Of a DNA stretch of 64,000 nt, positions 28,314-36,900 are shown one piece after another (within the stretch, counting starts at the first letter, position 1; each line of letters begins with the position of its first letter). This stretch comes from a virus. The notes beneath the pieces are model-generated. The model searched no databases. It was not told where the DNA came from and saw only the letters and a list, made by a program, of their open reading frames with translations. The position numbers and the translations under genes are program-made. The stretch spans positions 1 through 64,000 of IMG/VR virus record IMGVR_UViG_3300003873_000003. One strand, 5' to 3'.

Positions 28314-29392
28314 AATGTACTCCCTAAGTAGGTGGTGTTAGTTTCTGCGTCCTCAATAACGAACACACGCTCCATAATCTTAAACACGATTGTGGGACTA
28401 CATAAAGGCAGCATGTCGAGTAGCTGTGGCACTTGGAACAAGATTTTAGTTTCACCTTTTGTGGTTACCTTAATACCCTCACGGATGTTGCCGTAAGAGG
28501 ATTTTGTTTCAACGGTAATACCCGACTTACCGACATGCAGAACCGTTGATGTGCTAGATTCATAGACAGCGGTTTGACCTTTCAACGCTACCACTAAGGC
28601 ATCACGGCTACATTCAAATGAGGCTTTCTCGTCCCCCATGATACTAAGCAACTGTTCCAACTCGTCCAAAGAGCGGGCTTCTGTCTGAACCAACGGAAGG
28701 CGAAGCTCGTACTCACGGCAAAACACGGTAACACTACTGCTATCAATCGACAACTTTAGGTTGTCCGAAGGCAGACCCCGAAGAATCTCAACATAGTGTA
28801 GCGGAAGTTTGAACTCAAACGCAGAATCAACAGCCGAGCCTTCCGTGTTAACGCTCAAAGCACCGTGATAGTGGTCAAAACACCCCACTGTGATACCTTT
28901 CTTGTCCATACGGATGTGAGCAAGCATATCACCCTCAACAAACTGTGAAGTCAAGCTCACACGGGGTAACATTTCAAACAAGGTTTTCTTCAACTCGCCG
29001 CCCAAGGTTCGTGAGTCAGCAATAGAAATCTCAACCTTAGTTGGAGGGAGCAAGGTCAATGCACCACTGTACCGACCTTTAAGGGACTTAACCTTCAATG
29101 TGTTACTTGCGTTCTTAGATGAAGGGTTAGAAATCAACGATACCACGCCCTTACCAGTCAATGCTGTGGATAAGACAACGGGGTCAACAGTAACAGAGCC
29201 TCGCTTCTTAACCTCACAGTCGGATAGGTACAAGGCGAACTTGCGTGCGCCTTCGATAGTCTCCCCACTTAGCCTGATACCTCGCTTCGCAGTTGCTTCG
29301 ATAACACACTGTGAAGCACTGGATTTACCAATGATGCGCTGTACACAACTCAGCCCCTTGATTAAGGCTGCACTCTCTATTTCAAAGTTCAT
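28310..29392 (-). CDS. dnaN: DNA sliding clamp (Pol III beta-like)
   Basis: 360 aa, three-domain alpha/beta pattern; MNFEIESAALIKGL..VQRII, GCFDHYH (cf. ATDGHR), FQVPQLLDML (cf. FNxxYLLDxL); directly follows the polymerase. Confidence 0.75.
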   Translation of the reverse strand: MNFEIESAALIKGLSCVQRIIGKSSASQCVIEATAKRGIRLSGETIEGARKFALYLSDCEVKKRGSVTVDPVVLSTALTGKGVVSLISNPSSKNASNTLKVKSLKGRYSGALTLLPPTKVEISIADSRTLGGELKKTLFEMLPRVSLTSQFVEGDMLAHIRMDKKGITVGCFDHYHGALSVNTEGSAVDSAFEFKLPLHYVEILRGLPSDNLKLSIDSSSVTVFCREYELRLPLVQTEARSLDELEQLLSIMGDEKASFECSRDALVVALKGQTAVYESSTSTVLHVGKSGITVETKSSYGNIREGIKVTTKGETKILFQVPQLLDMLPLCSPTIVFKIMERVFVIEDAETNTTYLGSTF

Positions 29393-29411
29393 ACATATCT
29401 CCTAGTCCTAG

Positions 29412-32339
29412 TTAATCTACGTCAACGAAATTAGCTTCAACAATCCGTACTCGTGCTACCATCTTCGACAAAAGCGTATCCATCTTCATGTGGTAGTTTA
29501 CACTTTCGTCAGCCTCAAGCTGCTGGGCTACTTCCTGTAAACGCACTTTCCCAAAGATGCGGCTGTTATGTTGCACAGCGTTCAGCACAGCCTTCTTATT
29601 CGTGCAGCGAATCCCCATGCGTGTCTCTTGTTCTATCAGCGAAGAGCTAACCAGTGTAACAAGGGATTCAGGTACGAAGTCCCAACCTTTAACGTCACGT
29701 AGATTGTCACCAAACTCAAAGTCCATTTCCAAACCCACTGGCAACGGCGCATTGAACTCATCACGGCAAACACGATGCACTCCCGTCGTGTACGAGTGTT
29801 CCATTATGTATGCCATCACAGGGATAGCCCAGAACGGGCATTGTGAATAGACACTATCATGCACACTGTTACTGATTTGAATCTTCAAGTCGCACCCACT
29901 GGATGTCCACTTAAACACGTTAGTCTGGAACTCCCTCCCACCGATAAACCCTTGGTCAGAGGCAGTGCCTTGAATAGGTGAGTTCATCGACATACGGGCA
30001 TTAGCCGCTTGGATGCCTGTATCAGGGTGCAGGAAGCCGAACAAGTGACGCTTACGACCCAGAGGAGAACGTGCGTAAAGGTTCTTCTTAGCGAAAGCCT
30101 GTACTGCATCGAGCCATTTCTTAGAAGCGAAGAACTTACCAAAGAACTGCTTTAGGAGCTTCTTCGTTGCGGAAAGCGGCTGCCCGATATTGTCAGAAAG
30201 AGACTGAACACCCATACCATATAGAGTACCGAACGTAGTCACCTTAACGGCGTTCCTAGCCTCCTTGGTACAATCGTCAGGGTGGGTATTGTGGAAGAAC
30301 TGCACGTTTAGTTTATGCACGTCCCCGTACAACTCAATGGCTCGCTCGTTTTCGGGTGTCGGATTCAAGCGGTAGTTGAGCCTTGCAAACAAGCCTTTGG
30401 CAAACTGTTCCGCAAACACCTTGTCTTTAGCGATTAACGTGAAACCCCGAATCTCATGAGCAGAGTAATCGGCAGCACAAAACATATTCCCTTTCTCTGC
30501 TACGAACATCCGCTTAATCACCTTACCGAGTTCAGAGCGAGAAGGGATTTGGTGTAGAGAGGGGTCTTTAGCAGAAGCTCGTCCTGTCACCACATCGGTG
30601 AAGGAGAACTGTGGTCTGATACGGCTATCCAACCTAGCATCTGGGTCATCACGCAGTACATCGTAAAACTTGTTCACATAGCTACTACGAAGCTTCTCCG
30701 CCTTACCTAGTTCCTCAAGCCACCGCACCTCTTCCACCTTACTGCTGTAGTGAGACTTGAAAGCCTTATCAAGCTTACCACCACCCTTGGCATTACGACC
30801 CAGAGGCTCAAGTTTAAGTACACCAAAGAACAAGACTTGTTTGTGCGCATCCTTCCCGATGTCAAACACATGAGGAACAGAAGCACCAAACAGCCCATTG
30901 GAAGGAGCCCCCGACTTCTTAACGAGAAGAGCGTTAGCCTTTTTCACGTTATCAGATTTACGGAAGGAGTCCTTCATTTCCTTAATAATCTTGTTCACAG
31001 GTGATTCGGGTGTCTTCAAATAATGAACCCACTCTTTATCAACAGGCAATCCAAAGTATTCCATCACAGCAAAGCAATGGATAAGAGAGCCGATAACACG
31101 GGTCACAACAGGTATGTGGTCTTCGTCTGCCTGCTTCAACTGCTCATCATGGATAAGGCGGGGTGCGATAACATCCACACAAGCGTACTCGATTAAAGCA
31201 TCGTTAAGGTCGGTGGTTGCGATAGTCACACGGTCAGCCTTGCTGAATTGCAGGGTACTATAAATGTCACTGCCGTACTGGTTACACAAGGCGGCTAAAC
31301 TGTAAGCACTGTAACCAAAGGAAGTCAGGGCAGTCCTGTTCTCGTCCAAGGCGTACTCACCTGCGGTAGTACAGTAAACAGGGGCTTTATAATAACGAAC
31401 ACCTAGGTTCAGCACTTGCCCTGTATCGAACTTTGCATTGTGCATGATATGGTATTTATTATCATTGGTCTCCAAATAGTGGCAAATAGCTTTTCTAACC
31501 TTCTCTAGTTGCGTAGGAGTAAACGGCGTATCCTTGTGGTATAACGGAACGAAGTACGCAGTAGAGCCCAACCCAAACTGGATAGAGAATAGCGTGGAAG
31601 CTCGCCGATATAGACCCGAACCCTCTGTATCAATACAGACAATATCAGCCTTGCGTAACTTGGCAAGGAGTAACTTCACCTTGCGCATTGTATCAATGTA
31701 GATGTACTTATAGTCCCCTTTATCCAGCTTGATTTTAGGTGTCGTCCCGTTTATGCACCATGATACATGGCGTATCCACATACCGATAAGCTCACTGACC
31801 TTAACAGTCTCCTTGAACTTAGCTTCGACATCACCGTAAAGCGTACTGATGGATAGGGTACTCATCACATTATATTCTGTACGACCAATCTTCACAGGGC
31901 GTACTTGACCTAGGAACTTACGAGCTTCTTGGGGTGAACCACTAAGGGCAACGTTAGGTTCTAAGCCACAGGTGATGACCATATCAGGTTTAAGTTTTGA
32001 TACAATACGCTTCACACGACCCTGACACAGAGTATCAGCAATTTCTTTTAAGTCACCACTCAAGTCGTATGTCTTACACACATTGTAGGGGACAACATAG
32101 ACTGTGCAATCTTTCTTTATGTTATCTTTGACACGGTTCATCATGTTGAAGAACAGCTTACCTACAGAACCACTAAACAACTCTTTACGTCCCATATCCT
32201 CAGTTGGGATATGGTCAACGATAAACAGCACCTTGTAGTTTCCTTCACCTAAGTAAAAAGGTCGCACGGAAAAAGGGCTGCGGTTAAGCAGCCCCTTCAC
32301 CTGACCTTCCGCTTTATCGGGAAGGTTGAAATACCTCAA
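29412..32339 (-). CDS. polA: Family A DNA polymerase with N-terminal UDG-like domain and 3'-5' exonuclease
   Basis: Exo DTE, HNAKFD, YACVD; TGRASAKDPSLHQIP; motif A DYSAHEIR; motif B RNAVKVTTFGTLYG; motif C VHDS. Confidence 0.93.
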   Translation of the reverse strand: MRYFNLPDKAEGQVKGLLNRSPFSVRPFYLGEGNYKVLFIVDHIPTEDMGRKELFSGSVGKLFFNMMNRVKDNIKKDCTVYVVPYNVCKTYDLSGDLKEIADTLCQGRVKRIVSKLKPDMVITCGLEPNVALSGSPQEARKFLGQVRPVKIGRTEYNVMSTLSISTLYGDVEAKFKETVKVSELIGMWIRHVSWCINGTTPKIKLDKGDYKYIYIDTMRKVKLLLAKLRKADIVCIDTEGSGLYRRASTLFSIQFGLGSTAYFVPLYHKDTPFTPTQLEKVRKAICHYLETNDNKYHIMHNAKFDTGQVLNLGVRYYKAPVYCTTAGEYALDENRTALTSFGYSAYSLAALCNQYGSDIYSTLQFSKADRVTIATTDLNDALIEYACVDVIAPRLIHDEQLKQADEDHIPVVTRVIGSLIHCFAVMEYFGLPVDKEWVHYLKTPESPVNKIIKEMKDSFRKSDNVKKANALLVKKSGAPSNGLFGASVPHVFDIGKDAHKQVLFFGVLKLEPLGRNAKGGGKLDKAFKSHYSSKVEEVRWLEELGKAEKLRSSYVNKFYDVLRDDPDARLDSRIRPQFSFTDVVTGRASAKDPSLHQIPSRSELGKVIKRMFVAEKGNMFCAADYSAHEIRGFTLIAKDKVFAEQFAKGLFARLNYRLNPTPENERAIELYGDVHKLNVQFFHNTHPDDCTKEARNAVKVTTFGTLYGMGVQSLSDNIGQPLSATKKLLKQFFGKFFASKKWLDAVQAFAKKNLYARSPLGRKRHLFGFLHPDTGIQAANARMSMNSPIQGTASDQGFIGGREFQTNVFKWTSSGCDLKIQISNSVHDSVYSQCPFWAIPVMAYIMEHSYTTGVHRVCRDEFNAPLPVGLEMDFEFGDNLRDVKGWDFVPESLVTLVSSSLIEQETRMGIRCTNKKAVLNAVQHNSRIFGKVRLQEVAQQLEADESVNYHMKMDTLLSKMVARVRIVEANFVDVD

Positions 32340-32340
32340 C

Positions 32341-32907
32341 TTATAGTACCTTTTCTAAGCGGCGCATACACAGACGAAGCCCCTTACGTAGGTAATCGCT
32401 ATCTTCACCGAACACAAGGATATTTGCATCTGCGATGGTTTGCAGCAAAGGGCTGTGGGTTGCGATGATGAACTGCAAGTTAGGTTTACTCTCAATCAGG
32501 CGAGCCAACTCAGCGATAGCAGAATAATCCAACCCAATTTCAGGTTCATCCATAACCACGGTTGTAGGGTCTGTAATGTTGTCCAACGCTCGCATATAAC
32601 GCATAAGAGCTTCACCGTGAGATTCAGAATCGTTGGTAATCTTCTTGGATGCCTCACCATCAATGTTAGGCTTAGAGGTGATTGTTCCACTGGCGTGGTA
32701 CAGAACAGGAACTTCGCTATCACGGATAAGTTGTGCAACAGGTACAGAATCAGCACCATTGACCACACGCATGATAGCTTCAATGGAACTGCTTTTTCCG
32801 CTACCGTTGGGACCAACTAGAATGTTCACGCCTTCCATGAAGGTGACACTCGTGCAGCCACAGCGGCTAATGTAGTTATTGGCGACAAACTTTGCTCGTA
32901 AAATCAT
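32341..32907 (-). CDS. ABC/AAA-type ATPase
   Basis: GPNGSGKS, SHGE, VMDEPE, IIATHSP. Confidence 0.85.
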   Translation of the reverse strand: MILRAKFVANNYISRCGCTSVTFMEGVNILVGPNGSGKSSSIEAIMRVVNGADSVPVAQLIRDSEVPVLYHASGTITSKPNIDGEASKKITNDSESHGEALMRYMRALDNITDPTTVVMDEPEIGLDYSAIAELARLIESKPNLQFIIATHSPLLQTIADANILVFGEDSDYLRKGLRLCMRRLEKVL

Positions 32908-32963
32908 AGGTAAAATCTCCTTAAAATATAATGTGTTTCCGTCGGTCATTTACAGTTTTCAGT

Positions 32964-33179
32964 TCAAAATAAATTCCGTGCATAAGGTGGTAACTTGTCT
33001 TCGGGCTTCAATTCAGCTAGTGCCTGTACCCGAAGCTCCAGTATCCGAATAGAGTTGCTTACGTGCAACGGTACACTACTACCAAGTGCATCCAACCGAG
33101 CCTTGGTGTACAAAAGCGAATCAAGCTCTTTTTTAGTGGTCTCTATCACCGAAGCTAAATCACCCATCTGTAGCACCAT
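32964..33179 (-). CDS. Small coiled-coil hypothetical protein
   Basis: Short helical ORF at the end of the cluster. Confidence 0.5.
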   Translation of the reverse strand: MVLQMGDLASVIETTKKELDSLLYTKARLDALGSSVPLHVSNSIRILELRVQALAELKPEDKLPPYARNLF

Positions 33180-33636
33180 CGGTATCCGCACGGGAGTGAC
33201 CCGATGAGTCCATAGCGGTAAATACGTTTAATTCACCACGCCGCACCCCCAGCGTGGCACTTAGGGAAGTTAATGTTGGTAGCCCCTGATACGTGGTAGC
33301 CCCTGATACAGTATCCACATGCAGACTTTCTTTTTCGTCTTCATTACCATGCGTGTCATGTTTAGGAATAGGTGTGCCGCATGAACGGAGGCGGTACACT
33401 TCATCAATACAGTTCAGCAATGAATCTTGGTATATCCGCAAAGACCTCCGCAACGACTCAAAGCTATGAATCAGAGCAGCGTCAGGGGCAAAGCCTGACT
33501 CGGATAGACTCTCGACATACCCATCTAAGTGAGCTAGGTAGTCCCAAGCCTCCGCCTGTTTCTCATACAGACTAGCCTTCATCTCTCCCCAGAATGCTCC
33601 ATCTATGGTTTCATTTGCGTGTGCATCATCAGTCAT
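33160..33636 (-). CDS. Hypothetical protein
   Basis: AAGGAG RBS, ATGA-coupled to the GNAT gene. Confidence 0.6.
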   Translation of the reverse strand: MTDDAHANETIDGAFWGEMKASLYEKQAEAWDYLAHLDGYVESLSESGFAPDAALIHSFESLRRSLRIYQDSLLNCIDEVYRLRSCGTPIPKHDTHGNEDEKESLHVDTVSGATTYQGLPTLTSLSATLGVRRGELNVFTAMDSSGHSRADTDGATDG

Positions 33637-34646
33637 AGTAACTCCTTATTGTTGGTAGGTGATGGTACTGAAAGTTGGGTTGTGAGCCCTGCACCTTTAT
33701 AGAAAGAGAAGCAAGGCTTGCTATAGAAACCCCAACTCTTCTTCCACCCATTATCGTAAGACAACGGCTCTATGCGTCTTCCTTCCGCTACAGCAAAGCA
33801 AGATTGTGTTATGTAACCATTAACAGATTTATGACGCTTATGTCGAGTCCCTGACATGAACATCGTAAGCGAGTGCTTATTGCCAATCAAGATAACAACG
33901 GCAGCAAGCTCGTTTGTGTGCCTATCTGTAACACACAAAGCGGAAACCTCGTAGGAGCAACCCTTATCAAGCAGAGCCGACACTAAAGCATCAACATCAG
34001 GGACTGCATACTGCTCGAACCTGTAAGCGTTATCACCAAAACGCTCTTTCTGCATTTCTTTAACTGCCTCAATGTGGTACAAGCTGATAGGGGAAACTTC
34101 ATAGTAATACTTCTTGTTTAACCGCTTCAAACTATTTCGGATACGCCCACGTTGTTTGTGGTTACACGCATACTGCAAGTGGGACTCCCAATCCATTTCC
34201 GAGTAGAAATGGTCAGACGAGTATTTCACAGTAACTGGTCCCGTATCCGTGTGTAGCACCATAGTGTCACCGACATTTGGCAGATTGAAGTTCGTATTCA
34301 AGAACGGTTGGTTATCAATCACCGAGCCGCTAGGAAGACTATCAGCAATAACACTCATCCAGTCCTTACTTGAGAAAGGGTGTGCAGCACTTGGGGTCAT
34401 AGAGGACAACGAAAAGTCGCTGTCAATCTCAACGTAGTTAGAATACTCACCATTGTAGCACCCATACCTGCAAAGAGGCAAGTAAACAACATCACTCACC
34501 ACTGCACATGGAGGTTCCGCAAGATGCTTATGCCAATGCTCCGTCCACTCTAGGGTGGCTTGCACAGACGGCTTCTCGATACAAGATACCCTCCTCTCCC
34601 TATCACGGATAAACTCGCTTCCAGTAATCATATCAGGCTGGGACAT
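33633..34646 (-). CDS. GNAT-fold (CelD/BcsL/FemAB-like) acyltransferase
   Basis: WESHL..KQRGRIRNSLKRL, ELAAVVIL, SYDNGWKKSWG pattern; AGGAG RBS before MSQPD. Confidence 0.6.
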   Translation of the reverse strand: MSQPDMITGSEFIRDRERRVSCIEKPSVQATLEWTEHWHKHLAEPPCAVVSDVVYLPLCRYGCYNGEYSNYVEIDSDFSLSSMTPSAAHPFSSKDWMSVIADSLPSGSVIDNQPFLNTNFNLPNVGDTMVLHTDTGPVTVKYSSDHFYSEMDWESHLQYACNHKQRGRIRNSLKRLNKKYYYEVSPISLYHIEAVKEMQKERFGDNAYRFEQYAVPDVDALVSALLDKGCSYEVSALCVTDRHTNELAAVVILIGNKHSLTMFMSGTRHKRHKSVNGYITQSCFAVAEGRRIEPLSYDNGWKKSWGFYSKPCFSFYKGAGLTTQLSVPSPTNNKELL

Positions 34647-35715
34647 GTCTGACCTCTCCTTCATAGTTAATAAGCGTATTAGTATCACCATCGGTTATAA
34701 TCACCCTAGCAGGCTCTAGGGGTATCTTGCCAATGCCACCTTCACCATCCACAACAAACGTAGGCATGGCAACACCGCTGATATACCCCCTAAGTTGGCA
34801 TACGAGTGTTTGTGCATCTTGCAGACTGACTTCAAACTGTGCGTTACCTAACTCACGGTCACAGGTGTACACGTAGTAAGGTCGAATACCGATAGACACA
34901 AGGTGCATAAACAGGGTCTCAAGGGTATGGGCGTTATCGTTGATGCCTTTCAACAGCACAGTCTGACTTCCTAGTGTTACCCCTGCGTCACGCAGATTGT
35001 TTACACCATCAACAAATATCGGTGTAATCTCTTTCGGATGGTTCACATGGATATTCAAAAGCACGTTATAATCACGCAGCAACTTACAGAATGCTGGGGT
35101 TAGTCGGTAAGGATTCTGTACAGGCATCCGTGAGCTGATACGAAGAATCTTGATGTGAGGTAGTGCCCGTATCTCTTTGAAGAGGTGTTCAAGAACGGTG
35201 TCGCTCATCAACAAGGGGTCTCCGCCTGACAGAAGCACATCATTTATTTCTGTATGCTTTTGCAGGTACTCAAGTGAAGCCATGAGTTGACCTTTCGATA
35301 TGTAATCATCCTCCCCAGATACCATACGTTTGCGAGTACAGAATCGGCAGTACGCAGCGCAAGTGTTCTGAACAAGGAAAAGGACACGCTTAGGGTAACG
35401 GTGGATAATGCTCGTACCTGCGATTCGATGACGTTCCTCATTGAGAGGGTCTTCCTGCTCAACATCAGACACATCTAGCTCTTTCTTCGAGTAGAGGTAC
35501 TGCTTACGGATAGGACAGTCGGGGTCATCAGGCGACATTAAACTTAGCAGATAAGGTGTTACACCTACCTTGAGTAACCCATGTGGGGGTACATCATCAG
35601 GCACATTCGATAAGTATATGCGCAATCCATCCATACTTCGCACACTACGCTTTATCTGACTGCGCCAACTAACGTCATCAAAGCACATAGGGTCTGTAGC
35701 CATCGTTTTACTCAT
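34633..35715 (-). CDS. kamA: Lysine 2,3-aminomutase (radical SAM, PLP)
   Basis: TPYLLSLM..DDP.CPIRKQ, HRYPKRVL, CAAYCRFCTRKR, LSGGDPL, HVNHPKE, QTVLLKGIND, PYYVYTCD, PTFVVD..GG.GK. Confidence 0.92.
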   Translation of the reverse strand: MSKTMATDPMCFDDVSWRSQIKRSVRSMDGLRIYLSNVPDDVPPHGLLKVGVTPYLLSLMSPDDPDCPIRKQYLYSKKELDVSDVEQEDPLNEERHRIAGTSIIHRYPKRVLFLVQNTCAAYCRFCTRKRMVSGEDDYISKGQLMASLEYLQKHTEINDVLLSGGDPLLMSDTVLEHLFKEIRALPHIKILRISSRMPVQNPYRLTPAFCKLLRDYNVLLNIHVNHPKEITPIFVDGVNNLRDAGVTLGSQTVLLKGINDNAHTLETLFMHLVSIGIRPYYVYTCDRELGNAQFEVSLQDAQTLVCQLRGYISGVAMPTFVVDGEGGIGKIPLEPARVIITDGDTNTLINYEGEVRHVPA

Positions 35716-36817
35716 GGGATGAACCTTGGATGAACAGCACCAGCTCATGTGGTTCGAGAACACCACCCCAAGCTTTAGAGAAAGAAGGTGAGATAGCTTC
35801 GGTCAAGTCCTCACCCACCATAGGTACGAACTCGGGGCGAGGTAAGCCTAGGTGAGCAGAGCGACCATCTTCGTGTGCATCATTATTCGTATCAGCGGCG
35901 AACCCCATGTGAACCATAGGAAACCCATCGTACAGAGCTTCGTGGTCACGCAAAGCACGTTGCATGGAAGATACGAGTTCCCCTGTAGTCCACGGTCGAA
36001 TCTTGACAGCCTCATCCAACTTAATGTCAGCTACAACACGAGTTTCACCGTCAGACTTAGAGTGGGACTCTTCCACAACGACATTCTTATGATAAAGCTC
36101 GATGCTGTTATTGAATAGGTTACGATGTGTGACAACTGTGTACGAAACATTCAGAGTAGAACTGGAGCGTACAATGCCATCAGCGATTAAATCCTTACCG
36201 ATGTCAGTATCTGTACTCAAAGGTGTCCAGCAGTCAGACTCGTACTTATCGTGGAAGGGTGTGTACACACCGAAAGGAACGATGTTAAACTGGGCATAAT
36301 AGTCATCACCGTGCTTAACAGCATTATTAAGCAGGTTGAGGAAAAAGTCATCCATTTCAGATTCGGTCTGCAAGGCATTCAAGCTGTAATAGTACCCCAA
36401 CACTAAGTTTGTGCCTTCGGGTATAGTACAGTGAGTGGCATCGGCTGTTTCTAACCCTGCACCGTTGTCATTCAGTTCGGTTATCGTATAAGAGCTTACA
36501 TCGACTGTGGGGGAGAAGTATCCAGTGAGTTTGGAATAGTAATCCTTCCCACCAAACAACTCAACAACGTTCGCAGAGGACAGGGACTCAATGAAGGGTT
36601 TGCCAAGCTCATAAGCAGTAGTTCGCTCAAAGTCAGCACTATGGGGGAACGTTATGCCTTCAAACTCACCGTTCAACACAGTACGCAATGTTTCTCGAAG
36701 AAGGAGAGTGTCGTACAAACGAGCATGTGGGTCAGGGGCAGTAACAGCCTCGTACACGGCGGCATGGTGGTAAAGAGATTTTGCATAGTAACATAACTTG
36801 CGGTCTTTTGATTTCAT
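35708..36817 (-). CDS. Class I SAM-dependent methyltransferase-like protein
   Basis: AAVYEAV, VVELFGG (motif I-like), DAT, LVLGYYYSLNALQTESEMDDFFLNL, KIRPWTTGEL. Confidence 0.55.
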   Translation of the reverse strand: MKSKDRKLCYYAKSLYHHAAVYEAVTAPDPHARLYDTLLLRETLRTVLNGEFEGITFPHSADFERTTAYELGKPFIESLSSANVVELFGGKDYYSKLTGYFSPTVDVSSYTITELNDNGAGLETADATHCTIPEGTNLVLGYYYSLNALQTESEMDDFFLNLLNNAVKHGDDYYAQFNIVPFGVYTPFHDKYESDCWTPLSTDTDIGKDLIADGIVRSSSTLNVSYTVVTHRNLFNNSIELYHKNVVVEESHSKSDGETRVVADIKLDEAVKIRPWTTGELVSSMQRALRDHEALYDGFPMVHMGFAADTNNDAHEDGRSAHLGLPRPEFVPMVGEDLTEAISPSFSKAWGGVLEPHELVLFIQGSSHE

Positions 36818-36900
36818 TATTTTGTAACTCCCAATATAGGATAAACAGTGGATGTAACGTAGGTCAATCGGCTACACCCACCATTTACAGTTTTGCACTC

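Noticed and set aside
18582-32339. Inteins or introns in terL, dnaB or polA
   Set aside because: Motif spacing is continuous, with no intein C...HN junctions or split reading frames.
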